Shown: in pieces, positions 28,033 through 38,706 of the stretch
Layout of the letters: each line of letters starts with the position of its first letter
Position numbering within the stretch: the first letter of the stretch is position 1
Assembly (NCBI GenBank): GCA_964558005.1
Contig: CAZLCO010000001.1
Span: 62,362 to 126,361, forward strand
From: an uncultured Gammaproteobacteria bacterium
GTDB taxonomy: Bacteria; Cyanobacteriota; Vampirovibrionia; Gastranaerophilales; UBA9971
Reading direction: 5' to 3'
Length of the DNA: 64,000 nucleotides
Notes under the pieces: generated by a model
The model's input: the letters and a program-made list of their open reading frames with translations, nothing else
Database searches by the model: none
What the model was told of the DNA's origin: nothing
Translations under genes and position numbers: made by a program

Positions 28033-28831
28033 ATATGTATTAATCACCGGCGCATCATCCGGCATAGGAAAAACAACCGCTGAAATGCTCAAAGAAAAAG
28101 GCTTTACAGTGTTTGGCGGGGGCAGGGACTTTATGGACGTTAATGACGACAATGCCGTCAAAAAAGTGTGCGCCCAAATATCTGAAGAAACAGGAGAAAA
28201 CGGCCTGTACGGGCTGGTAAATAATTCCGGCATAGCCGTAGCAGGGCCTATGGAATTTTTGCCCATAGAAAAACTAAGGCACCAGCTGGAAACCAACGTC
28301 ATCGGCCAGGTGCGCGTCACCCAGGCATTCCTGCCGCTAATAAGAAAAGGCAGGGGTAGGATAGTAAATATAAGTTCTATTGCGGGATTTACGGCATTTC
28401 CATTTAAAGGGGCGTATGCCGCGTCAAAATTTGCGCTGGAAGCTATTTCTGACAGCCTGAGAAGGGAACTAATGCCCTGGAATATCCCGGTGAGCGTTAT
28501 AGAACCGGGCATAATAAAAACGCCCATATGGGACAGGTCACTGGAGCTATTTAACCAGACTATATGCGAAATGATTGACGATGCCGGTAAATATTACGGT
28601 GATTACTGCGACCCGCTTATTGAACGGACAAGGAAAAAAGTGGAAAAAATGGCAGCCCCGCCTGAAGAAGTAACAGAAGCAATATATAAGGCATTAAGTT
28701 CTAAAAACCCTAAAACACGCTACCTTGTGGGCAAAGATGCTCAAATGTTAAACTTATTAAGAGTTTTACCCGATAAAATACTTGATAAGATTATTTGTTC
28801 ACATTTAAAATTAAAAAATGACCAATCCTGA
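28025..28831 (+). CDS. short-chain dehydrogenase/reductase (SDR)
   Basis: Motifs TGASSGIG, NNSG and YAASK are present. Confidence 0.85.
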   Translation: MAKYVLITGASSGIGKTTAEMLKEKGFTVFGGGRDFMDVNDDNAVKKVCAQISEETGENGLYGLVNNSGIAVAGPMEFLPIEKLRHQLETNVIGQVRVTQAFLPLIRKGRGRIVNISSIAGFTAFPFKGAYAASKFALEAISDSLRRELMPWNIPVSVIEPGIIKTPIWDRSLELFNQTICEMIDDAGKYYGDYCDPLIERTRKKVEKMAAPPEEVTEAIYKALSSKNPKTRYLVGKDAQMLNLLRVLPDKILDKIICSHLKLKNDQS

Positions 28832-29621
28832 ATACATTTCATATCTTGGCTCCTGTTTCAGAAAAGGCAGGCTTATCCGCTGGCCCGACCACACAATGCC
28901 TTTAACGGTATTTGTAGCGCCTTTCCGCTGGTACAGGGCGCAGGATGAAGACTACACATATTATGGAATGGTACAGGAAGCGATAAATATATGGGAAAGA
29001 GCTTCTCAGGGCAAGGTTAAGTTTGAGTTCGTAGATAAGTTGTACGATTCGCAAATTAATATTGAATGGAAAAGAGTTGAAAGAAAATCACTGGGACACT
29101 GTAATTTTAATTTTGATAATGAAAGCAGGCTTTTCTCTGCTGAAGTGAGTATCGGCCTTTCTGACGGGATAATACACCAGCAGTACCAGGACAAAAACGA
29201 GGTTTTCCATACCATTATTCACGAACTGGGCCATGCACTGGGACTTGGACACAGCCCTTACCCTAATGACATAATGTACGTGCCGCACCAGTACGGCGTA
29301 ACCAAAGTGTCGAAAAGGGATATAACCACTTTAAAGTGGCTTTATCAAATGCCCTACGGCATAACAAAAGAAGAAATAATGACGCATTATAAGGCACCTG
29401 GTAGCCAGGACCTTGATAAATTAATTTATCAACTGGAAACCGGCGACAATCCCGAATCGGCAAGCCCAACTGCCCCGGCGAATGACGAACAGCTTAATAA
29501 TGAACAAAATACACTCGCAAAACTTAATAAGTTCAACATTTCAATACAAAACGTCAGCGTGTCCCGCGATGCAGAGGAATATTTCAGAAAATTAAGAATT
29601 AAAAAAGAACTGGGGGAGTAA
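28818..29621 (+). CDS. matrixin-like zinc metalloprotease (M10 family)
   Basis: The HExxHxxGxxH motif is HELGHALGLGHS, with a Met-turn candidate DIMY. The gene overlaps the SDR stop by 14 nt. Confidence 0.75.
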   Translation: MTNPEYISYLGSCFRKGRLIRWPDHTMPLTVFVAPFRWYRAQDEDYTYYGMVQEAINIWERASQGKVKFEFVDKLYDSQINIEWKRVERKSLGHCNFNFDNESRLFSAEVSIGLSDGIIHQQYQDKNEVFHTIIHELGHALGLGHSPYPNDIMYVPHQYGVTKVSKRDITTLKWLYQMPYGITKEEIMTHYKAPGSQDLDKLIYQLETGDNPESASPTAPANDEQLNNEQNTLAKLNKFNISIQNVSVSRDAEEYFRKLRIKKELGE

Positions 29622-29685
29622 ACGACCTTCTATACCCGACTGGATAATATTTTTTGGTTTTAATTTCAAATAAAATCAAAAAATT

Positions 29686-30780
29686 ATGAAAGTTTCCTTT
29701 CCTCATATGGGATATACTTATATAGCGTTTGCCGGGGCATTCAAAGTCCTGGGCGCTGATTTTATAATCCCGCCCTATACAACAAAAAGAACACTTAACC
29801 TCGGCGGCAAACACAGCCCGGAAGTCGTATGCCTTCCTTATAAACTTGTTATCGGCAACTATTTGGAAGCCATAGAAACAGGTGCGGAAGCTGTTTTGAT
29901 GATTGACAGCCCGGGCACGTGCAGACTTGGACAATACAGCGACATAGCAAAAACTGCCATACGAGATATAGGACATGATATCAAATTTATTAACCTGGAC
30001 CTTTATAAAGGCCGGGTTTTTGAGCTGTATCAGGGGTTCAGCGAAGCCACCGGCAACAAAAACCCTGTTGATTTAATAAGGGCGGTACAAATAGCCCTTA
30101 TTAAAGTTAATATGCTTGATGAAATCAACAATATATACAGTTATTACAGAGCCCGGGAAGTAAAAAAAGGAAGCGCAAAAAAAATATTCAAAAAATCCTT
30201 AAAACTGCTTGACGATGCGATGACTCCAAAGGAATGCCGGGAAGCCAGGCAAAAAAGTGTCGAATTGTTTTCCGCGCTGAACATAAATGAAAATAAACCT
30301 GTTTTAAACGTTGATATAACAGGTGAAATTTATGTTGTTATTGACCATTTTTCCAATATGGATATTGAAAACGAACTCGGCGGCATGGGTGTACATGTCC
30401 GCAGGAGAATAAATTTAAGCGATTGGACAAATAATTTTATAAAATTATCATTACTTAAACTAAATGAAAGCCATGGCGATAAAGTAAAAAAACTCGCCAA
30501 AGACTTTATAAAAAGAGATGTCGGAGGCGATGCCCTGGAAGCAATAGGCGATGCTGTTTATGCGGGCAATGCCAGAAACGACGGCGTTATTCACCTTCTG
30601 CCGTTTACCTGTATGCCGGAGATAATTTCGCAAAACATACTCCATAACGTATCAAGAGAAAGGGACATTCCTGTATTATCGCTTGTTTTGGATGAATTTA
30701 CGGGGAAGGCGGGTTTTGTTACAAGGCTGGAAGCTTTTGTGGATTTAATTGCGAAAAGGCGTGAACTTAAAGCGGGATGA
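29686..30780 (+). CDS. acyl-CoA dehydratase activase-related protein (DUF2229-like)
   Basis: The N-terminus FPHMGYTYIAFAGAFKVLGADFIIPP...CLPYKL, and later GEIYVV, resemble the uncharacterised domain found with BadF/BcrA-type activases. This is from memory only. Confidence 0.45.
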   Translation: MKVSFPHMGYTYIAFAGAFKVLGADFIIPPYTTKRTLNLGGKHSPEVVCLPYKLVIGNYLEAIETGAEAVLMIDSPGTCRLGQYSDIAKTAIRDIGHDIKFINLDLYKGRVFELYQGFSEATGNKNPVDLIRAVQIALIKVNMLDEINNIYSYYRAREVKKGSAKKIFKKSLKLLDDAMTPKECREARQKSVELFSALNINENKPVLNVDITGEIYVVIDHFSNMDIENELGGMGVHVRRRINLSDWTNNFIKLSLLKLNESHGDKVKKLAKDFIKRDVGGDALEAIGDAVYAGNARNDGVIHLLPFTCMPEIISQNILHNVSRERDIPVLSLVLDEFTGKAGFVTRLEAFVDLIAKRRELKAG

Positions 30781-30890
30781 AATTATCCTCCAAATAGTGT
30801 AAGCATTTTATTTTTGATAATGGTAATATATTAATACGTGTCGTCAAAATTTCATGGGCACATTTTACAGGTAGATAGGGGAGTCGTAAT

Positions 30891-31778
30891 ATGTCGAAAA
30901 AAGTAAAAGTCGGGGATAGGTTAGTTGGTGCTGGTGAACCCTGTTTTGCCATCGCTGAAATCGGAATTAACCACAACGGAAGCATTCAAAATGCAAAAAA
31001 GCTTATTGATTTAGCGGTATCCGCACACTTTGACGCGGTAAAATTCCAAAAAAGAACTGTGGATATTGTCTATTCACAGGAAGAACTGGCCATGCCAAGA
31101 GAAAATCCTTTCGGCTCAACAAACGGGGACCTGAAAAGAGGACTTGAACTAAAATTTGAAGACTACGAAGAAATTGACGATTACTGTAAGAAAAAAGGCA
31201 TAATGTGGTTTGCTTCCTGTTGGGACAAAGACTCAGTCGATTTTATAAACCTTTTTGATCCACCATGCTATAAAATCGCATCTGCTTCCTTAACTGATGA
31301 TGAACTTATTAAGTACACAGCCTCAAAGGGTAAACCATTATTAATATCAACAGGGATGAGCACGCTGGAAGAGATAGACCACGCCGTTTCATTAACCGGT
31401 ATAGATAATATAATTCTGTATTATTGCACTTCAACATATCCAACTGACCCGGATGAAGCCAACCTTCTGGGCGTAAGGTCCTTTATGGAAAAATATGACT
31501 GTCCAATAGGCTACAGCGGCCACGAAAGAGGAATAACACCTTCAGTACTGGCTGTTGCACTCGGAGCTGTATCTATAGAAAGACACGTTACCCTCGACAG
31601 GACAATGTGGGGCAGCGATCAGGCCGCAAGCCTTGAGCCGGAAGGAATGTTCAGGCTTATGAGAGATGTAAGGGCCGTTCCAAAACTGCTCGGCGACGGC
31701 AAAAAAGTCGTATATGAAAGCGAAAAACCAATCATTAAGAAGCTAAGAAAGGTTTTTAACCCTGCAAGCTCATGTTAA
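30891..31778 (+). CDS. N-acylneuraminate/nonulosonate synthase family protein (NeuB-like, no C-terminal SAF domain)
   Basis: Motifs IAEIGINHNGS, DAVKFQKR, ISTGMST and GYSGHE are present. At 295 aa it ends before the position of the SAF domain in canonical NeuB. Confidence 0.8.
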   Translation: MSKKVKVGDRLVGAGEPCFAIAEIGINHNGSIQNAKKLIDLAVSAHFDAVKFQKRTVDIVYSQEELAMPRENPFGSTNGDLKRGLELKFEDYEEIDDYCKKKGIMWFASCWDKDSVDFINLFDPPCYKIASASLTDDELIKYTASKGKPLLISTGMSTLEEIDHAVSLTGIDNIILYYCTSTYPTDPDEANLLGVRSFMEKYDCPIGYSGHERGITPSVLAVALGAVSIERHVTLDRTMWGSDQAASLEPEGMFRLMRDVRAVPKLLGDGKKVVYESEKPIIKKLRKVFNPASSC

Positions 31779-32272
31779 ATATCGATAAAAACGTAAAAAT
31801 TATTGTAACTGACTTTGACGGAATCATAACAGACGGGTATGTTTATTACTCGTCTGTTAATGATGAAGAAACAAAGCGTATCAGTTTTAAGGACATTATG
31901 GGTATGTCAATAGCGCTTAAAAACGGGTATAAAATAGGAATAGTCTCCGGAGAAAAGAACTCTATCATTGACAAACTCGCCGCAAAATTCAACCTCGAAG
32001 ATGTTCACCAGGGCATAAGGGATAAATTAACAGTATTAAAAGGCATTTCTGAAAAATATAATGTCCCTTTGTCGGAAATTTGCTATATAGGCGATGACAT
32101 AAACGATATCGCCGCCCTCGAAGTCGCCGGGGTCGCTATCACAGTCCCCGGAGCTAATTACAAAGTCAAACAGGTGCCAGGTATATTAATTACACGGGCA
32201 AATTCCGGTGACGGAGTTTTCAGGGAAGTCGTGGATTCTCTAATCGCTTCATATAGTCAGGTTATACAATAG
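31772..32272 (+). CDS. KdsC/YrbI-type HAD phosphatase
   Basis: Motifs VTDFDGIITDG and YIGDDINDI are present. The length is 166 aa. It overlaps the neuB-like stop by 7 nt. Confidence 0.75.
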   Translation: MLNIDKNVKIIVTDFDGIITDGYVYYSSVNDEETKRISFKDIMGMSIALKNGYKIGIVSGEKNSIIDKLAAKFNLEDVHQGIRDKLTVLKGISEKYNVPLSEICYIGDDINDIAALEVAGVAITVPGANYKVKQVPGILITRANSGDGVFREVVDSLIASYSQVIQ

Positions 32273-32308
32273 ACTTTAAGACAAATTTATTTTTAAAATA
32301 CCGGTATT

Positions 32309-33166
32309 ATGAAAATTCTTTATTGTACTGATTTTTCTGATGCCGCACGTTTTTCTATTGAAAAGGCCATACCTTTTCTGAAACCCGACGGCGAAATTGA
32401 TATCATAAGCGTAATAGAAACCGCATATACAAAAATAGAAACTTACAAAATAAATAAAATAGAAAACCTTCAAAAAGCAAAGGATCATCTGGAATCAAAA
32501 GGATTAAAAGTGTCAAAAACTCTGTGTTCTGAAGGAGAGCCTACTGAAATAGTAATAAAACAGTCACAAAAAGAAAATTATGACCTTATAATTATCGGCT
32601 CACGGCGTGAGCTATGGCTGAAATGGCTGGGCAGCACCAGCAGGAAAATAGTTTCGAGGTCGAATATCCCGGTATTTATCGCCAGAAAAACAGCAGATAA
32701 AAATTTTTTAGAAAAAAAAGATATCCTTTTTGCGGTGGATGGCAGCGAAAACTCATACAACTCCGTAAAAAAAGCAGTTAAATTAATCAATTTTGAAAAC
32801 TCGACCATTGAAATACTTTTTGTTAAAGAAGGAAAAGCCGGCCTACCCGTAAAAATACTCGCGGATAAAGAATGGACAGAAAGAATGCTGGCGCACGAAA
32901 ATGAAAACGCAGTGAAAATAATGGAACAAACTCTCTCTATTTTTGAAAAAAACAAATCTGACAGCGTTTCTCAAAAAATATTAGAAGGCAACCCCGCTAC
33001 AAAAATTATGGAATATGCTGAAAAACAGGACAAGGATTTAATAATTATGGGTTCACACGGCAGGGAAGGAGTTTCTTCGCTGCTGCTTGGCAGCATCAGC
33101 AAAATTGTACTGGACAACATTTCCCGTCCGGTAATTATAGTCCCCACTAAAAAACCTCATATGTAG
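32309..33166 (+). CDS. tandem universal stress protein (2x UspA domains)
   Basis: There are two Usp repeats, each ending in a G-x2-G-x9-G-S-type motif (IIIGSRRE...GSTSRKIV and IIMGSHGREG...GSISKIV). Confidence 0.85.
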   Translation: MKILYCTDFSDAARFSIEKAIPFLKPDGEIDIISVIETAYTKIETYKINKIENLQKAKDHLESKGLKVSKTLCSEGEPTEIVIKQSQKENYDLIIIGSRRELWLKWLGSTSRKIVSRSNIPVFIARKTADKNFLEKKDILFAVDGSENSYNSVKKAVKLINFENSTIEILFVKEGKAGLPVKILADKEWTERMLAHENENAVKIMEQTLSIFEKNKSDSVSQKILEGNPATKIMEYAEKQDKDLIIMGSHGREGVSSLLLGSISKIVLDNISRPVIIVPTKKPHM

Positions 33167-33293
33167 CCGTCAAGATAATTTTTCCCGGCTATGTTAATAA
33201 ATATTACATAATGATAAATTTTATATACTTAAAATAGCAATTTTTAATACTTGGTTGTTTTTATATATATACAAGATTTCAAAAAACAAAAAA

Positions 33294-33341
33294 CCCTAAC
33301 CTTACCCTTACCTTACCTTTCCCTTACCTTACCTATCCTAC
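33294..33341. repeat. imperfect tandem CCTTAC(C) repeat tract
   Basis: The tract ccctaa-ccttac-ccttac-cttac-ctttc-ccttac-cttac-ctatc-ctac was read directly from the sequence. It lies inside a 570-bp ORF-free region. Confidence 0.85.
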
Positions 33342-33738
33342 AACAGAGTTTAAAGGAGAACGAGACAGTCTAACAGCTGTCCTTTTTTTTGTGTACGGTT
33401 ATTAACAAATATCACCCCGTACCCCATTACGTCATTTCAATGACATTAACCCTCAGGATCTTGATTTCCCGCCCACCCCAACCATAAAAAAATAAAGGGC
33501 TCCGCCCTTTAAATCCATTCATAGATTGAGTCATCTACCTAACATTAACACCATCAGGAATGCTAACACAAATTCTAATTCCACCAAACCGGCACTAACC
33601 GACTTTTCAACCGGTATATAGCTCCATCTGCATTTCTTATCTTTTAGATTTTAACAAGGTAATTTCTGGCAAATTTTTCTTTACAAATACAAATCTTTTT
33701 TTGTAAAATTATGCAAATAGTAATATGAGTATAAAATA

Positions 33739-34626
33739 ATGTCTAAAACATTATATCTAATCGATAATAATTACGATACCCGATTTAACACTTATAAAAA
33801 AAATTGCAACCAGGATAAAATTAGTTTAGAGCTTCTAAATAAAATACTTACTAATTTATCAAAAACAGCCTGGGCAAATAAAAACACAATAAATTTTCTG
33901 GACCTTGGCTGCGGAGAAGGCGGTTTAACTGTATTAATAACTGAAAATATAAAAAATATTTTCTCCGAAAGTCAGATTAACCTCTGTGCGATTGACAAAA
34001 GCTCTTTTCTGCTGGAAGAATTACGTGTAAAAATATCAGAAATATCTAAAAATAATAATATTTCTATAGAAACCAGGAAAGCAGATATTTTTGAAAGAAT
34101 TCACTATTTAGATATAAAATTTGATATTGTGATGTGCTCACATGTTTTTTACTATTCAAAAGATTTAAAAAATGACCTGATTAATATAAAAAAACTTTTA
34201 AAGCCTGAAGGTATTTTATGCATCGTTCATGAATCTGAAAGATCTGACTTTAAAAAATTACGCAAAAAGTACAATACATCAAAAAAACTAAACAAAGACT
34301 TCACCGAGAATACTATGGAAAATATCCTGAATGGGCCTGAATTTAACACTGTAAAATATCAGGCAAAAGCATGCGTCAAATTTCCGGAAAATGCTCATAA
34401 ATTTCTGCGGGTAAATAATTCAGTTATTTATGACGAAAAAAGCATTGAAACCACAAAAAGTTTGTTAGAATTTGTGTTACACCAACCTATTGACAATTTG
34501 TATGACGAAAATGTCAAAAATAACTTTTTAGATGATGTAATTGAATTACTTTTAAAACAAGAAAATTGCCTTTATACTGATAATGATTTTTTTGTTGTTT
34601 TAGGAAACGAAATAACTCATTTATAA
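33739..34626 (+). CDS. class I SAM-dependent methyltransferase
   Basis: Motif I is FLDLGCGEGG; the post-I/II acidic residue (AIDKS) and motif III-like IVMCSHVFYY are present. The gene is very AT-rich. Confidence 0.7.
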   Translation: MSKTLYLIDNNYDTRFNTYKKNCNQDKISLELLNKILTNLSKTAWANKNTINFLDLGCGEGGLTVLITENIKNIFSESQINLCAIDKSSFLLEELRVKISEISKNNNISIETRKADIFERIHYLDIKFDIVMCSHVFYYSKDLKNDLINIKKLLKPEGILCIVHESERSDFKKLRKKYNTSKKLNKDFTENTMENILNGPEFNTVKYQAKACVKFPENAHKFLRVNNSVIYDEKSIETTKSLLEFVLHQPIDNLYDENVKNNFLDDVIELLLKQENCLYTDNDFFVVLGNEITHL

Positions 34627-34648
34627 AATTTTTTAAAAAAATTTATGA

Positions 34649-35790
<1,142 letters not shown>

Positions 35791-35794
<4 letters not shown>

Positions 35795-36543
35795 TTTTCC
35801 TCACTAATATCGCATTTATTTTCGCGTTTTAATTCCGTCAGGTCAAATTCCTTTTTTACCAGGTATAAATGTTCTGTGTAATCTAAAAATTTTACCGCTA
35901 AATGGTCAGGGCATAATGCCTTGCAGTTATAATGTTGTTCTTTCAACTTTTTCATTGCTTTAAGATTTTTTTCAATATTATTACAATTATCAAGGCTTTT
36001 ATAGGGGTTAATTGCATTATGGTATACCCCAAAAGCTTCTTTAGTACATGCTTTATAAGGCTTAAACTGTTTTTCCTTAGTCTTACTATCTAAAGCCGAA
36101 AAACTATTATTAAAATCAAAAAATGAAATAACAGCTAACAAGGCTACAAAAATAGTGTAAATGATAGTAAATTTTACCTGATAGCCAGGGGAATCTTGTT
36201 GTTGTTTTAAAATACGAGCTATCACATTGGGCGATAAAAAAATTAAAATAAAACAAAAACCTGTGATATATAGGTTTATGTATAAAGAACCAAACCCAAA
36301 AAAAACTATGCCGGTCCAACACAACCAGTTAATTAATAACAATATTCCTGCTAAAAAATAATATACATATTTGGACACACTCCCCAGAAACTTAATCCCT
36401 GATAATCTTTTCTTTAGATATTTCTCTATATCAGCAAATACAGTTTTATCCGCTATGAAAAAATAACTATATGTAGCAATACCCGCTAACACCATAGCTG
36501 ATAAAAGCAATACACCGGTTATAATAATGTAATTATCAAGCAT
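35791..36543 (-). CDS. hypothetical multi-pass membrane protein with Cys-containing C-terminal domain
   Basis: It has about 4 hydrophobic helices followed by a soluble tail. Its stop overlaps the dxr start by 4 nt. Confidence 0.6.
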
Positions 36544-36558
36544 TTTTATCCCTTCCTT

Positions 36559-36852
36559 TTAAAACCCATCCGGCCACTTTTTTGAAGAGTGCAAAACTCT
36601 TAAAACTTCAGGCACATTGGACTTAACCCTGTAAACAGCAATATAAGGAGTATCTGAAATTATAAGCTCCCGCGTCCCAGACACACGGCCAGCCCTCCCA
36701 ATATTTTGAAACCTGCTTAACTGCTCCACTACATTTAAAACTATTTTTTTGGTTACATCAACAGCTGACTTTGGGTTATCCTGCGCTATAAATTCTTTTA
36801 TCAGCAATAAATCTTTGAGAGCCCTGTCCGACCACCTGCATTTATTGCCCAA
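36559..36852 (-). CDS. parE: ParE/RelE-family toxin
   Basis: It is 97 aa. WSDRALKDLLLIKEFIA and the C-terminal YRV...VLRVLH pattern are typical of ParE. It overlaps the upstream RHH gene by 11 nt. Confidence 0.75.
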   Translation of the reverse strand: MGNKCRWSDRALKDLLLIKEFIAQDNPKSAVDVTKKIVLNVVEQLSRFQNIGRAGRVSGTRELIISDTPYIAVYRVKSNVPEVLRVLHSSKKWPDGF

Positions 36853-37099
36853 GACCCTGCTCCAGCCGCTCTAAAACTTCTTCAGTAGAATACAATTCAC
36901 CATTATCCGCCGACTGTATCCCCTCTTGCACCGCTTCAATCTGCCACAAGTTCAAATCAATATACTCCTGCAAGGCCTCTTCAACTAAAAAAGTCTGAGA
37001 ACGCCCGGTTGCTTCTGATAGCCGCGACAGATCATTTTTAATATTTTTGTTAAGCCTGAATGAAACCGGTTCTTTTTCCTGCGGATTTGATGTTGCCAT
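36842..37099 (-). CDS. ribbon-helix-helix (CopG/ParD-like) antitoxin
   Basis: VSFRLNKNIKNDLSRLSEATGRSQTFLVEEALQEY is an RHH pattern. ATG 37099 follows AAGGAA; the ORF track start is 37123. Confidence 0.7.
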   Translation of the reverse strand: MATSNPQEKEPVSFRLNKNIKNDLSRLSEATGRSQTFLVEEALQEYIDLNLWQIEAVQEGIQSADNGELYSTEEVLERLEQGLGQ

Positions 37100-37254
37100 A
37101 CTTGTTCCTTTTTGTAAATACAATGAAATACATATATATCATTATATAGCATTTTTATTCATTATTCAAATTTATGTAGCCCCCTTCTTAACAACACCGC
37201 TTATCCTTGCTATTATTATAGTAGAAAAATATAGTCCATACAGGAGAACCCCTG

Positions 37255-37911
37255 ATGATAATTAAAACCCTTACCCTTGGCGCTTTTGCCTCGAACAATT
37301 ATCTTGTGATTTGCGAGGAAACAGGTGATGCCGCGCTGATTGACGCCGGAGGAGACTACGAAGCAACTATGCAGGAAGTCAGACAAAATAAAGCTGACCT
37401 GAAATATGTTTTCCATACACACGGCCACCTCGACCATATAGCCGGCGACGTTGACCTAAAAGCTAAGGCAGGGGTTCTAATTTATATACATAAAGACGAC
37501 CAATTCCTTGTGGACAGCCTGAAGGACCAGCTGATGATGTTCGGGCTGCCTGACATGGAAATCCCGGTAATTGACAAACACGTAGAAGACGGCCAGGTGC
37601 TGGAAGTCGGTAACCTGAAATTCAGGGTAATCCACACTCCCGGCCATTCACCCGGCGGAGTATGCTATCTTGTTGATAATGTGCTTTTTTCAGGTGATAC
37701 CCTGTTTAACGGCTCTGTTGGGCGCACTGATCTGCCCGGCGGGTCATACGAACAACTCGGCGAATCAATCACTAAAAAGTTGTTTGCCCTGAAAGAAGAT
37801 ATAGCTATCCTCCCCGGCCACGGACCTGCAACAACTATAGAACACGAAAGAGAACACAACCCGTTCTTCGGCAAAAAAGGACTGAAACAATATCAAGAGG
37901 AAATAAAATGA
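37255..37911 (+). CDS. MBL-fold metallo-hydrolase (glyoxalase II-like)
   Basis: The HTHGHLDH motif is present, with a later HTPGHSPG and D/H ligands. Confidence 0.85.
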   Translation: MIIKTLTLGAFASNNYLVICEETGDAALIDAGGDYEATMQEVRQNKADLKYVFHTHGHLDHIAGDVDLKAKAGVLIYIHKDDQFLVDSLKDQLMMFGLPDMEIPVIDKHVEDGQVLEVGNLKFRVIHTPGHSPGGVCYLVDNVLFSGDTLFNGSVGRTDLPGGSYEQLGESITKKLFALKEDIAILPGHGPATTIEHEREHNPFFGKKGLKQYQEEIK

Positions 37912-38552
37912 GAGTCAAAGTCTGCGGAATAACAAGGCTGGAAGACGCCCAAATTGCTGTTGATGCCGGAGTATGGGCTGTTGGATTTATTTTTGTAAGA
38001 AACACACCCAGATGCCTCGAACCCACACAGGCAAAAGACATAATTAAAAATCTTCCTGATAAGGTGGAAAAATTCGGTGTATTTGCAAACAACTCGCCAG
38101 ATGAGGTTATTAACGTTTCAGAAGAAGTGGGTATCACAAAAATTCAGCTCCATGGGGAGGAATCCCCGGAATATTGTTCTAAAATAAAAATGATAACCGA
38201 AATAGATGTTATAAAAGCCATTCGCATAAAGGATATGGACGATTTAAAACCCATTAAAAATTACATGGGACACATTTCCTATGTACTACTGGATACTTTT
38301 TCAGAAAAACAAAGAGGCGGCACGGGCAAAACCTTTGACTGGGCCATAGCAAAACAGGCAAAACGCTACGATATTCCATTAATTGTAGCCGGCGGACTCA
38401 ATCCCGACAATATAATTTCTGCCTATACACGAGTAAGGCCGTTTGCGCTGGATATGGCCAGCGGAGTAGAAAAAGAACCGGGCATTAAAGACCCGAAAAA
38501 AATTAATTCGCTTAAAAATATTATAGAAAATACAAAAACAGAACCCTGGTAG
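37908..38552 (+). CDS. trpF: phosphoribosylanthranilate isomerase
   Basis: Motifs VKVCGIT, QLHG, LLDT and AGGL are present. The length is 214 aa. Confidence 0.85.
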   Translation: MRVKVCGITRLEDAQIAVDAGVWAVGFIFVRNTPRCLEPTQAKDIIKNLPDKVEKFGVFANNSPDEVINVSEEVGITKIQLHGEESPEYCSKIKMITEIDVIKAIRIKDMDDLKPIKNYMGHISYVLLDTFSEKQRGGTGKTFDWAIAKQAKRYDIPLIVAGGLNPDNIISAYTRVRPFALDMASGVEKEPGIKDPKKINSLKNIIENTKTEPW

Positions 38553-38565
38553 GGTTCTGTTTTTA
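38539..38565 (+). terminator. rho-independent terminator overlapping the trpF stop
   Basis: cagaaccct-ggt-agggttctg is a 9-bp stem followed by ttttt. Confidence 0.8.
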
Positions 38566-38706
38566 AACCTCCGACTGATAAAATCAGTTAAATCTTTTGT
38601 TGCCTGCTCTGAGTTATTACTATTTGTAGCTCTATATATATAAAATATATACTCTGCCAAAAATTGCTAGTTTTTAACCTGATTATTAAGAACAGTAAAG
38701 TCTAAT

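Noticed and set aside
33294-33341. Telomere-like units (CCCTAA here, C4A4-like at 52081-52113) as a sign of eukaryotic contamination or a linear replicon end.
   Set aside because: Both tracts are short, imperfect and embedded between contiguous, typically bacterial genes on both sides. There is no tandem array long enough for a telomere.
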